A program made the position numbers and the translations under genes. From assembly GCA_963514005.1 (NCBI GenBank), contig OY740781.1:102240001-102304000 (forward strand): a stretch of DNA of 64,000 nucleotides, given 5' to 3'. Positions 40,041 through 53,215 of the stretch are shown here, in pieces. The DNA is from Raja brachyura (Eukaryota). The notes below the pieces were generated by a model that ran no database searches, was not told where the DNA came from, and saw only the letters and a program-made list of their open reading frames with translations. Position 1 is the stretch's first letter; every line of letters begins with the position of its first letter.

Positions 40041-40914
40041 ACTGCTCTCTTTGCTTGGACTCCTTCTATCGTGTTGCCAGAAAGAGGGGGAAAGGAAAGA
40101 GGAGGAGGAGGTGGAGGAGGAGGAAAAAGGATGTTTATTTAAAAGTGTAAGGAAGAAGGACATGCATACAAGATCACACTGTCTGACAATTTTGTGATGG
40201 ATGTTCTAGTTGTCAGGAGATACTATTTTTGTAAGGATTCAGTGAAAGCTGAGCTTTTTGTGAAGCCTCAGACTATGCGTGGCCTAACTCATTGGAAGTG
40301 CTTGGAGACCCTGGGGCAGTACTTGCATAAAACAGTCAAGCAGTTTAGAGATGCTTCCACAAGGTGACAAAAACCTTATTTGCCAAGGCAAATCAATTCT
40401 TTGTCTTCATCATGAATGTTCTGGATGATATCCACCAATTTGTTGGCTTGTTTCGGTGTGGTGCATAATTGGCAGCACCTATTTGGACCCTTTTCCTTCC
40501 ACATGACTTAAAAAGCATATTCCTTCTCTGGTGCAGTGTGAGCCGAATGTCAGAAATACATCTCAAGCAAAGCCTTCACTTACAGACAATCAATGTTTAT
40601 TGCACAGATGACCAGTTTTTTGATGCATCAGTGTAATTCTTGTCTGACTGACAGTGGGATTCCTTTGTGCATTAACAACAAAACCTGTTGCTTTGTTTTG
40701 TTATGTTCCTGGGTGTAAATAGGACAAGCGTATGGTTGCTCTGTGCTCAGGTCAGGTTGCAGGCCCTGAAGTTACTCCCAATCTCTGTGAGGTCGTGCAA
40801 GAATGAGCCAGATTCACATTTCATCTAATGTGCCACAGAGGCCAAACGTGGCTTCAGGTTGCTGTGTAGTCACAGCATGGCTGATTACAGACTCCATGCC
40901 TGGCTATACCTATG

Positions 40915-41272
40915 AAAGGCTTGGATAGAGTGGACGTGGAGAGAATGTTTCCTCTCCACGTCTCAAGTGAGAGATTCTAGGACTATAGGTCATAGCCTCA
41001 TTAAAGAATGTTCCTTTAGCAAGAAGATGATAAGGAATTTCTTTAGTTAGAGGGTGGTGAATCTGTGGAATTCTTTGCCGTAGGTGGCTGAGGAGGCCAA
41101 GTTAATGGATATTTTTAAAGCAGAGAGATCGATTCTTGATTAGTACGAGTGTCAGTGGTTATGAGGAGAAGGCAGGAGAATGGGGTTAGCAGGAAGAGAT
41201 AGATCAGCCATGATTGAAATAGTGAAGTACACGATGGGCCGAATGGCCTAATTCTGCTCCTATTATGATCTT
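40915..41272 (+). mobile_element. CR1 3' fragment
   Basis: Homologous to 9392-9705. Confidence 0.75.
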
Positions 41273-41709
41273 ATGTCCTTATACCATTGACCAAAATAGC
41301 TGGTGTCGATTTGAACAACTGTCTACATATGATTACCCAACTAAGTGCTGCAGAACAGCTTGGGTATTGGTGTAGGAAGAAACTGCAGATGCTAGTTTAC
41401 ACCGAAGATATACACAAAATGCTGGAGTAACAAAACAGGCCCAGCAGGATCTCTGGAGCAAAGGAATAGGTGACGTTTTGGGTTGAGACACTGTAGATGA
41501 TATGTGTACACCCCTTTAACAGTAGTGACGTAGCCCTTGCTAACCACTCCCCTATAATCGAGTATAACTGTGTCCTCCCCATCCTTAGCTCTCTCTCTAG
41601 TGTTCGTGACAGACCACGTACAGCTAGGGCAGTGATGTGTGTTTATTTAATAAAGTTATAGTAAAGAATTCTCTGTGTACGTGCATGTTCTTTACATGGT
41701 GTCAGAAGT

Positions 41710-43700
41710 GGGATGCGTATGACACGGGCAGTTGTACTCCATCGTGGACCTGCAAGCAGGCGGCCCCGAGGCCAAACTTGGACGCGTCACATGTGAGGAC
41801 GATGGGGCGCTTGAGGTCAAAATACTTTAGCGTTGGGGTGCTGACCAACCTGGACTTGAGAATGTCAAAGGCTTTCTGGTGTTGCGGGAACCAGGCCCAG
41901 GCAGTGTCCTTTTTCACCAGGTCTCTCAGAGGAGCGCTCAGTTCACTCAAGTCAGGGATGAACTTCCCCAGGTAGTTGACCATGCCCAGGAAACGCTGGA
42001 GGCTCGGCACATCAGCAGGTGCCGGCATCTCAGATATTGCGGCTGTCTTCTGCGGTTCGGGCTTCAGCCCCGATGCTGTGAAAACATGTCCCACGTAGGT
42101 GACATCCGGGACACGAAATCGGCATTTTTTTGGGTTGAGCTTTAGGTTAACTTCCCGGGCTCGTTCCAGGACCTGGCGGAGGTTATGGTCGTGCTCCGTG
42201 ACATCCTTCCCGTAGACTAGGATGTCGTCGACGATGATAGCACACGGGAGCCTGGCGAACACTTGTTCCATTGTCCTTTGGCACACCTCACTGGCAGAGT
42301 TGATCCCGAACGGCATGCGGAGAAAAGGAAACCTCCCGAAGGGCGTGCTGAACGTTGTTAGGTGTGAGGACCGTTCGTCAAGTGGTATCTGCCAGAACGA
42401 ACTCTTGGCGTCAAGAACCGAAAACACGGTGGCTGGACCGACTTATGCAGCAACATCTTCAACGGTTCGCATGGGGTAATGCGGGCGCTTGATGGCCAGG
42501 TTCAGATCCTTCGGGTTGATGCAAATCCGCAGTTCACTCTTATCCTTCTTTGCAGCAACAACCATGGTGGAGAACCACTGAGTGGGCTCACTCACTTCCT
42601 TCAGGATGCCCATGGCCACCATTTCATGAAGTGTAGACTCGACTTTGCCTTTCATCGCGAATGACACCCGGTGTGGTGGGCGGATAACGGGTTCGATATC
42701 CGGATTGAGAGTGATTTTGTAGCTGCAGGGGAGCTTTCCCAGCTTGTTATCGAAACGGTCTGGGTATTCGGCCAGCGGGTCCAGGGGTGACTGCACCATG
42801 CGGATGTCACGATGGAAGTTGACCAACCCGAGGTCTTGGCAAGCCCGAATGCCGAGCAGGGGGGCACATTTGTTGTCCAGCAGAAAGAAAGAGAGGGGCC
42901 GAGAGGCCTTCAGTACCTTGCAGTGGAGAGTGACCTTCCCCACAGGAACAAGCAAGCCACCCCCATAGGCACGCAGAACAGAGCGTTCAGTGGTAACAAG
43001 CTCATTATTTCTTATCTTCTTGAATAAGCTTGTTGACATAATGTTTGCAGTGGCCCCCGTGTCAACCTTAGCAGAGAAAGTGGTGCCATTCACAGTAACT
43101 TTCATGGTCGGGTCCGTTATCAGCGCAGGTGCACCTCGAGGCAAAAACACGCTCAGCTCGCTCTGGGAAGAGCCCAAATCAGACAGTGGGGGTTCGTCCT
43201 GCTGGTGATGGGAACCAGACACAGTATCATCACGTGCCAGGTAGTTTGAGGGCTTTTGCTGTGGCCGCGCAGGCTTCCCACGGGAACGACATGCCGCTGA
43301 GAAATGGTTTGGCTTGTGGCAGAAGTTGCAAGTCTTTCCCAGCGGAGGGCACACATTGAAATGATGGGACGCAAAGTTGCAATTCGGACAGCGCTGATGT
43401 GGTCTTGGGCTGGTCGCAGGGCTCACCCTCTGTCGCTGCGGGGCAGGGGTCCAGCGACCGCCGAAACTGGCTGCGCGGACCTCATGGTCTGGCGGCGACA
43501 TGGCGGAGGAGACAGACTCCGACAAGCGAGAGGCATGCAGAGCCTCGTTAAAAGTCAAATCGGGCTTGCGGAGGAGCTCAGATCGCAGCTTCTCGTCTCG
43601 GAGGCCATACACCAAAACATCCCGGGTCAAAGTCTCAGGGGTTACGGCATCAAGGCTGCAGCGGCGAGCCAGGTGCCTCAAAGCGGCGATGAAATTGTCC
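41710..43700 (-). pseudogene. Gypsy gag (zinc knuckle)-protease-RT-RNaseH(N) segment, antisense to the LTRs
   Basis: CNFCHKPNHFSAAC, KVDTGATAN, LDAKSSFWQIPL, IIVDDIL, LTCDASKFGLGA. Confidence 0.93.
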
Positions 43701-43704
43701 GAAA

Positions 43705-44300
43705 TTGCTACTTTTGGGTCCCCGCCAAGCCTGCAGTCGGACAACAGCAGTCAATTCACCAGTGCTGAGTTTCGTGCTTTTGCTGATCGCTGGAACTTTC
43801 AACACTACAATAGCAGCCCGGAGTACCTTCAGAGCAACGGCCTGGCTGAGCGCGCGGTCCGCAGTGCTAAAGGATTGCTGGAACGTTGTCGCTTGTCTCG
43901 CTCTGACATTTACCTAGCCCTCCTGAACCTCCGCAACATCCCCCGCGACCATGCCCTGGGGTCCCCAGCGCAGCGCCTCATGTCCCGTGTCACGGGCCCT
44001 CCGATCACTGTTGCGCAACAGTCCCTTGCTCCCTCCGTGCTCAAACCTGCCATGGTCCGAAAGCGCATTGCCCACAAACACCGTATCCAAAAGCGCTCCC
44101 ATGACAAGTCCTGCCATGTCCTCCATCCTCTATATCCTGGCTAGGTCGTCCGTATGTGGTCTGCCTCCGGCCATCCTAGACTCGCCATTGTCGTCGGTTC
44201 TGCCGGGTCACCTCGTTCCTACCTGGTCAACCACGATGGCACGATCTACCACAGGTCTCGTCAGCACCTGCGGCTGGTGAATGAACCTCGTCCCCCTCCG
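43705..44300 (+). pseudogene. Gypsy integrase C-terminal half, sense to the LTRs
   Basis: ATFGSPPSLQSDNSSQFTSAEF...QSNGLAERAV...SPAQRLMSR...PRSYLV. Confidence 0.92.
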
Positions 44301-47300
44301 GCTGCTCCATATGCTCCCCCTGCGCCGACTATGCCGCCACGTCCCGTGCCAGCCCTGCCCGGCCCACCTTCCCCTCGGCCTTCCCCGGTGGTTCTTCCCG
44401 CTATTGCCCCTGGTTCTCCGGCTTTCTCGCCCCCCGCATCACCATCCCCTCCCCGCCGCGTTCGTCGCCCCAGGGCTCTCCTGTTAAGTGCTCACCACCC
44501 GCGCCTGTCCCTCTCGTTCCCGTGGGGGGAGGTGGTGATGGAGAGATGCGGACCCGATCTGGTCGCCTTGTAAGGCTGCCCGACCGTTATGGCGATTATG
44601 TGTGATTCTGTGTTCCTTTATTGCTGTTGTTTACTGTTCCCTAGCGCATGAGACGTGGTCGCTTGTCACTGTTCTTTATTTTGTTTTTGTAGAGGAAGGA
44701 TGTAGATGATATGTGTACACCCCTTTAGCAGTAGTGACGTAGCCCTTGCTAACCACTCCCCTATAATCGAGTATAACTGTGTCCTCCCTGTCCTTAGCTC
44801 TCTCTCTAGTGTTCGTGACAGACCACGTATAGCTAGGGCAGTGATGTATGTTTATTTAATAAAGTTATAGTAAAGAATTCTCTGTGTACGTGCATGTTCT
44901 TTACAGACACTTCTTCATGGATAGTGGTAATGTTTGGGGAAGAAGGCAGCATTATTGCAGCACGAAGAGTCACGAGTGGTAACATAATATAGTCTTGACT
45001 GCTGTGCATTAGATGAATGTTGACTTCAAGTATGATTTGCTTAGAGGAGGTCTCTGCATCAGAACCTCACATACACAGAATGTGAACTCCTCCTAACTAG
45101 TCACTATAAGATAGAAGTAACTGGGCATCACCACTTGATAACTGCAATTTGTTATTGGCTGGCATCTTGGTTCCATGTCTGAGTAGCTGCTGGAAGAAAC
45201 CTTGTATTCCTCTGACAAGGAACCTGCCTCTCCTTCATTTCTTGCTCCCAATAGTACGTTTTCCAACACTCAGGGCCTGTGATTCAGTATCGGAGGCACC
45301 CCCGTTCTGTCTCGCTAGAACTTCCTTCTTTTACAGATGGGTGAATATGCAATGCTGGCAAGCAAGTAATGGCAAGAAATACAGAACAGGTGAGTTATCT
45401 GTCAAAAAGTCTGGTCTACTCATTAAACCAAGTGTATGTGAGTATAGAGAGGAACAATCATAAAACACACACACACGCACATGTCAATTAATTCCTGTGA
45501 TGCAGGTCACTGAGAGTGTCTGAGAGGGTGGGAAGTTGAGAGAAAACTTATCCCTCTATCCACTTGACCATATCGTACACTTCTCTCATTTTGTGTTGTT
45601 GAAACTTAATTACTGCTTTCTCTAATAGTGGGGTGTCCTGTTGTGGTGCTGTTATTTTATTGTCTGCTATGATTTTCTGTTTGGAAAATAGGGTAGTGGT
45701 GAAGACAGGCTGAAGAAAACAAATCTGGGATGTATTATTGAAGGGTGTCAATGCATTTTCCTAATCCACTTTTTGGCCACTTTTCTGAATCCACTTTGTG
45801 AGCTGGCCAAGTGGTGGTTATGAGGGGGATTGGTGACAGGGAAGGGATCGTTCCTGGTAATTAGAATGGGAAGGTTTGGCCATAGTAACGAGGGAGGTAA
45901 TGGAGTCTGAGATTGTGATTAATGGAGAAGGTTGAATATTTCCTTGAGAGGCTCTGAGGTACCTTTAAACTTCCTGGTCTACAAGGAGTGTAAAAAACAT
46001 CACATATTCCTTTTCATAACGGAATTTCAGATTTTAGAAATGTTGAGTAACAGCAATGATTTTTAATTGGGTTCCTAAATGTAACAGCAAAGCCTGATTT
46101 AAATACTTTAAGGAAGTACTGTACTTTTACATCATGAAACAATTGGCTCTACTGATCTCCACCTTCTCAAACAAGCTAAGAAGCCAAGATGTGGTGGTTT
46201 ATGATTAGGATTTTTTACATCCCTTGTCTTTGTTGGTGATTAATTTGAAGTGAATGCATTAGAAGTTTCTGCTAGATTGATGTGTTTCTGTGTGGTAATT
46301 CACATTACATATTTTTGTGGTGGATGCTGAGAAATATATGAGAGTGTGCATGAGGTTCTGCCAGTTCCCATTACAGAATATAAATGAACACAAAACGTCA
46401 AACACATACTGCTGCCAAGGGACTCATGGTTTTATGTGTGTTTTTCCTTTCTGGTGAGAACATTACATTTATTTTCAGCATAACACTTGTGCCCTTCACC
46501 TTAGCTTCTCTTTGTCTTCAGAATCATCTTTTTGTGGTAAGGCTAGAGGGTATGCATTCCTCCTTTGACTTCATGCAGTATCTAGGTTATGGCTTCTTCC
46601 TCAGAGCAAGATGTTCCTCACGTAACTGGGCCTTCAAAAGTCTACGTTGTTATTACAAGCAGAAACATTTCCGCCTTGCAGATTTAATTTTTCTGCTCAT
46701 GTAACAGAAACAGGTAACTTCTGGTAATCATTCCAAGGCAATTCTGGGTTGAGAATGAAGGTTTTTAAAACATTTCAAATTTGCTCAGGCTCCAATGGTT
46801 TTCCCAAAGGCTGAAGATGCATCAGCTTCTTGTGAGTGATCTTGTGGCTTTATTGTAGAAGAACAATTGTGTCAAATGACTGGGTCGAAGTGGAATCTCC
46901 ACTACTTAAGTTAGCTCCATATGAAAACTGGTGTAATAAATCCTGACTTTGTGCGTGATGCTTCGCTAGTGCTGCCCATGTGTACAGACTGGGAATATCA
47001 ACTACTTTAGTTTTAGATTAGGGTGGCAGTCCTGAGATGACACATTATGAGATTCATCGGGAAACTATTTATACCCTTAACTTGTAATTCATGATTGATA
47101 AAGTCAGCAATGAATTCTAGTGCGTGCCTCAAATTGGATGCAAATTGCACCATTTGGCTTCACTTCACACATCTTTGTTGGCATTATCTACTAGGAAGTA
47201 ATTAATGGGGCTCTCTCGGCATGCTGCACTGCAATGCGGGGAGATTTGGGTCTGCGCCTGTGTTTTCCACTTAATGAATTCTGAAACTCAATGGTGCCAG

Positions 47301-47659
47301 TTTGAGCAGTTGTTGGGAGGTGTTTACATTTTGTATACAGAAGGTGGGAGAGCCCTGAAACCGTTGCTATCCTGCTGAATTGCACAGAGCAAACAGAACG
47401 GAGGTCCCGCTGACCATCTGCCATGGCTGTGTGGAGATACATGGTGTATCAGCTTTAGGCCACTGGTAAGGGGTAGATAGACATGTGCCCATTTTATATA
47501 CATATATCTTTGGACAGATATGCTAATCTACTCCACAAAGAATCAGATCTATGGTTTGATTTATAGTGTGTGCTGGGCTGGACAACTTCAGCAGAGACAT
47601 TAGATTAGTTGAGGTAGTTCCATTCTGGTCTCTGTACACTATTCACTGTTAGCCTTTGG

Positions 47660-49545
47660 TACGATACGATATGATGTGATATGATAGAACTTTATTTATC
47701 TATCCCAGGAGAGAAATTGAAGTGCCAACAGTCATAAAACGCAAGATACATACAACATGAAATTAAAGTGACGAATAGAAAGAATTGGGGATGTGCAAAG
47801 ATTTAGGGAGGTCGGTGGGGGGGTGGGGGGGTGGGGGGGGGGGGGGGGGAAGGGAGTCAGTTAACCCAATGACAGAAGGGGGAGGAGTTGTACAGTTTGA
47901 AAGCCACAGGGACGAATGGTACCCTGTGGCGTTCTGTCCTGCATCTTGGTCCGGCAATCCTCAGCTGCTTCCCTGCCAGCAGCGTGTGTGTTTTTTCAAC
48001 TTTTTTTTCTTATTTTAGTGTGTCCCAATGTGTGTTTTGAATGTTTCTCTGTGTGTCAGCAGCATGGACTCTATCATCGCGGAGCCGGAGAGCACTCGCC
48101 GGGACTCGCTGGAGGGGAGTGCTCCGTTCACTGGCCCACGGCAGCCTGAAGCTGCGGTCTGCGGAGCTCCAGCTGGCATGGCGTGAGGAGCCTGGGATCC
48201 CTCATTGCAGATCCCAGAGGAAAAGAGCTCTGACTGCCGGCCCGCGGCCTACTTCTAACCACGGGCACGGCTGGGACTTACCATCCGGAGCGGGATCCCT
48301 CACTGGGGATCCCTGGATAGGAGCTCTGACCGCCGACCCTGCGGTTTGCGGTTCTTCTGGCTGCGGCGGGGACTTTAGATCTGCAACCGCCGGCCTGCAG
48401 CCTACACCATCTCGAAGCCACAGTCTCTGGTGGGGAAGCACCAATTTGGGACTTACCTTGTCTGCTCATCTGGCCGCCCGCAGCGGTGACTGTGGAGGGT
48501 TGTGGTCCTGACCATGGGGGAAAATGGAGGAGGACTGACCAAACGTTGTGCTTCCACCACATAAAATACATTTTACCATGAACATTCACCACATTGACTT
48601 GTCCAAGATGCTCCACAGTTTGAGGAACGCCCTCCCCTCCAAGACCACCTTTCATGAATCCGACTCCGCCCCCAGGACAGAGCCAGCCTTCCTGGTGAGT
48701 TTTTTAATTCAATTGCCGTCCACGGCCTTCGCCCTGCTGCCCCAGCACACGTGGCAGCGTGGAAGATGCCACTGGCTACCACCGATTGGTAGAACATCTG
48801 CAGCATCTTACTGCAGATGTTGCAGTGGAGCATTCTCAAAAAGTACAGCTGGCTCTGTCCCTTCTTGTACAGAGCCTCAGTGTTCCTGGACCAGTCCAGT
48901 TTACTGTCCAGGTGCACTCCAAGGTATTTGTATTCCCTAGTAAACTGCACATCCACACCATTGATGGAGACAGGGGACAGGGGTGTTCCTCTCCTCCTAA
49001 AGCCCACCACTAACTCCTTAGTATTGTTGGTGATGAGTTGCAGGTGATTCAGCCCACACCACTCAACAAATCTGGTGACTACACCTCTGTATTCAGCTTC
49101 CCTCCCCTCACTGATCCAGCCCACAATTGCAGATGCATCTGAAACTTCTGCAGGTGGCAGGAGTCGGATTTATATCCGAAGTCCGAGGTGTAAATGGTGA
49201 ACAGGAAGGAAGAGAGGGCCGTCCGCTGTGGGGCCCCTGTGTTGATCACTACCATGTCTGAGACACTGTTCTGTAGCCTGACATTGTGGCCATCCAGTCA
49301 GATAGTTGGTGATTCAGGACACCGATGGAGCCGCATCTTTGCCCGTTTTCTCCTAGCAGTGCAGGCCGGACGATGTTAAAAGCATTGGAGAAGTCAAAAA
49401 ACATGACTCTCACAATGCTTCCTGGCTTATCCAGGTCAGCATAGAAATGAGGAAGCAGGTGGAAGATGGCATCATCATCCCCCATCTTTGTTTGTTAAGC
49501 CAACTGCAGGGGGTTCAGATAGGGTTTAACCAGGGGTTGCAGGTG
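47660..49545 (-). mobile_element. Rex1/Babar-type LINE fragment with a GC-rich insert (~47948-48540)
   Basis: VRVMFFDFSNAFN, TKELVVGFRR, YKYLGVHLDSKLDWS; short-repeat tail at ~47660-47685. Confidence 0.8.
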
Positions 49546-51221
49546 AGTGATAGGATAGACATTGATGCCAGCTGATATCAGCCTTGTGAGAATGGGAAGC
49601 CTTCAGGGGTGTGGATAAATGGCTACTTCCCAAGGGATGTATTATATTCGTCTTCCCAGGATTTCCATTGTAAACTCAAACAGAGTTTGTAAGACGAGAG
49701 AGTGGTTCTCCAATTAACATAATGTCGAAGAGATTCTATCGGAAGAGAAATACGTTGGACATCTATCTACTCCTGGAGGCCAGGAGATGTAGGAGATGAC
49801 TCACTCACTAAACAGAGAATTTACTTTCTACCATCTTGTTTGTAAGGGGCTGAAAAATAGTCCTAATTCAGAAGATTATTTGGACTTTTTGGCACTTCTG
49901 TGCAGTAAATTTCATCATAGTTTAGATACTCAATATTTTGTGTTTATTTTGGCATTATGAAACATTTTGGAGGACTCCTAATGCCCTGTTACATTGGCAA
50001 GCACCAAAGGTAGGAGAAAGATGAGGGGTATTTTAGCTCCTACGCAGAAGGACCTGAAATTGGTAAGAAATGTTCATTTTTACTGATTGAAGGTGATAAA
50101 CGTGCTGCAAACTAGTTGTACTCCTAAAACAGACATGCAGAGGTGAACTGACAGTTCCTTCTGGTAGATATAAGGCAATTCAGAATCACAGGACAGTTTC
50201 AAAGGTTTGGAAGAATGGAGTGGAAGGGAGGTGGGCTGAGGGCAGTTGCATGGAGAGATAAAAATCTAAAAAGGTGAAAGATTACAGAATTAGAAATAAA
50301 ATTGGTATGGTCTGATCACATGAAGGGCTGATGTTATAAAGTAATTGAAGATGGGAATGGAATGTTCAAAGCTATTTGACATTTTGGAATCAGAGGCAAA
50401 AGGTGTAAAGGGATGCCACGTGAACATTGCCATGGTAAGGAATGCTATTGTCTCAGAAGCTCAAGATGTAGAATTATTCTGGGAGGAAATAAGAAATTAT
50501 AAGAGTAAAAATTCACTGGTGGGAATTGTATGTGGGCCCACTAACACCAGAATATTGTAAGATAGATTAGCAAGTTATAATGGGAACTTTTGATTATCAT
50601 TGCTGTTATTATATTGTCTGTACAAATTGAATTGGCAGGAGTGGACTGACAGCTGGTAAGCGGACCGGCCACTGGAAGTAGGGCTGGGCCTCGACGATGG
50701 ATAGGCCCTGCAGCAGCCTGATGGTCCGGCAATCCTCAGCTGTGTCCCAACCGCAGGTCCAGCTCGATTGGAGAGGAAAGGTCACTGAGCCTTGCCCCTG
50801 AGAGCAGTAGACGCTGGAAAAAGGGCCCGGTGAGAGGAACCGGGGGGGGGGGGGGGATCTTATGTTCCCTGCCCTTGAGGTGGGCTACAGGTGGCTGCAG
50901 AGGTAATGGGTGTGCTGGTTATAATCCACTGAGATTCCCCTGAATTCTTAGAAGATAAAAAGATCAGAAATGCAATGGTGTTCCTCAAGAAGGAAGGGAG
51001 ACAGAAAGCAGGAAATTATAGGGCAGTTTGGCGAACATCTGTCATTGGGAAAATACTAGAATCCATTATTAAGGATGTAATAGGTGGACATTTAGAAAGT
51101 CATGGCCATCAAGCAGTCAATAGTAATAAATCTTTAGAGGTCACTATCACAGTGCTGTGGAGGCAGAGTCATTGAATGCATGCAGACAAGGCAGGAATTG
51201 TCAGACAGTTAATCTGTAAGG

Positions 51222-51385
51222 TAGACACAAAGAAACACAGATGCTAAATTCTAGAGTAAAACACAAATGCTGCAGCATCACAGTGGGTCATGTAGCATCT
51301 GTGGAAAGGCTGAAGAAGGGTCCTGACCCGAAACGTTGCTTATCCATTCCTGCCCTGCTACGTTACTCCAGCACTTTATGTTTCA
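51222..51385. mobile_element. Old inverted Penelope-terminus insertion with hammerhead motif (plus, 51310-51337)
   Basis: CTGAAGA-A-GGGTC-CT-GACCC-GAAA-C-GTT. Confidence 0.7.
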
Positions 51386-52288
51386 AATTGTGGGGGAGTT
51401 AAGAGATACATACTGAGAACACGAAAGTGATGTTAAGGTCAAAATTGGATCATCCTGGACTAATTGAATGGCGGAGTATACTTCAGGGGTCGTTTGACCT
51501 ACACTGCTTCTGTTTCTTATGTTCTCATGTAGAAATGTCCTCAGGATCTGCAGCGAGATTGTGAATCAAGCTGGATGAGTCGACATAATACACTTTTAAT
51601 GTGATTGCCATTTTCAAATAGCATTGGGTAGCATGCATGCTTTGTGGCTTTTATCTAATATTAACTGCCAGTGAGCTGAATTGGAGCCCAGGTTGTGGCT
51701 TTAGGGTTGATTATATCATCATGAATAAAACTAATGATGGACATTTTCTCTGCTTTATTAATTAGCATCAGTACAGTTACAAAACTCGGTGTAGGTAAAA
51801 TTACATTTATCTCACCACAGCCTGAGAGAAAGGCACTGATTGCACTGTAAACTTGTTCTTTTCCTGTGGTAGCTATTAAATTGACCACCATACTAAGATT
51901 ATCCAATTAACGATAATTTGTGTTGAAATGTCAGCTGCAATTGGGACTCAAGAATAACTTGGTTGAAAATGCCCAAACTCAGTTCTCATCGGACACTTAT
52001 AAGCTAACATTTTGTTAAATAAAAGAAAACTCTTCCCTCACTGCCCACTGCCCACAATTCCCTCATCAAATATTTTCTGCAATTTATCTCGCAGAGCTCT
52101 AATTCTTGTTGAGGAACATTCAGTAGGTGCTATTACATCACTTTCAATGCAATGATTTGTCAATTGATTTGGCAATAGAGGGTATTCTTGCGCATGTCCG
52201 TTATCCACAAATGCACAAATGACCAATCTTTGCAGTAGTCCGCACTTTATCATTTACTTGAGTTAACACCACATGCCTTTGCTGATGA

Positions 52289-53215
52289 TAGAAACATAGA
52301 AACATAGAAAATAGGTGCAGGAGTAGGCCATTCGGCCCTTCGAGCCTGCACCGCCATTCAATATGATCATGGCTGATCATCCAACTCAGTATACTGTACC
52401 TGCCTTCTCTCCTTACCCCCTGATCCCTTTTGCCACAAGGGCCACATCTGATACCCTCTTAAATATAGCCAATGAAGTGGCCTCAATTACCTTCTGTGGC
52501 AGAGAATTCCAGAGATTCACCACTCTCTGTGTGAAAAATGTTTTTCTGGACTTGTTCTGGACTTCCCCAACATCGGGAACAATCTTCCTGCATCTAGCCT
52601 GTCCAACCCCTTAAGAATTTTGTAAGTTTCTATAAGATCCCCCCCCCCTCAATCTTCTAAACTCTAGCGAATACAAGCCACTTCTATCCAGTCTTTCTTC
52701 ATATGAAAGTCTTGCCATCCCAGGAATCAGTCTGGTGAACCTTCTTTGTACCTTCTCTGTACTCCCTCTATGGCAAGAATGTTTTTTTCCTCAGATAAGG
52801 AGACCAAAACTGTATGCAATAGTCTCACCAAGGCCCTGTACAACTGCAGTAGAACCTCCCTGCTCCTATACTCAAATCCTTTTGCTATGAATGCTAACAT
52901 ACCATTCGCTTTCTTCACTGCCTGCTGCACCTTCATGCCTACTTTCAATGACTGGTGTACCATGACACCCAGGTCTCGTTGCATCTCCCCTTTTCCTAAT
53001 CGGTCACCATTCAGATAATAGTCTACTTTCCTGGTCTTGTAACCTCACATTTATCCACATTACACTGCATCTGCCATGCATTTGCCCACTCACCCAATCT
53101 ATCCAAGTCACCTTGCAGCCTCATAGCATCCTCCTCACAGCTAACACTGCCCCCCAGCTTCGTGTCATCTGCAAACTTGGAGATGTTGCATTCAATTCCC
53201 TCGTCCAAATCATTA
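52289..53215 (-). mobile_element. CR1 3' fragment
   Basis: ISKFADDTKLGG...LQGDLDRL; (catagaaa)n tail on plus. Confidence 0.92.

Larger units (their letters stand above)
41492..44905 (+). mobile_element. Gypsy/Ty3 LTR retrotransposon with inverted, deleted interior
   Basis: 205-bp LTRs at 41492-41696 and 44701-44905 (TGTA...TACA, 5 mismatches by eye). TSD gacac at 41487-41491 and 44906-44910. PBS tggtgtcagaagtgggat (41697-41714, tRNA-Leu type). PPT agaggaagga (44691-44700). Confidence 0.97.

Noticed and set aside
40200..40900. Coding-like composition suggesting a transposase or pseudogene
   Set aside because: No sustained ORF or motif that I could identify.
41697..41714. tRNA-like sequence as a tRNA gene (also SINE heads and 27533-27546)
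   Set aside because: Only primer-binding sites or degenerate SINE heads; no full cloverleaf.
43500..44144. 214-aa ORF as a novel fusion protein
   Set aside because: The N-terminal part is antisense gag read across the inversion junction, and the integrase lacks its zinc finger and first catalytic Asp.
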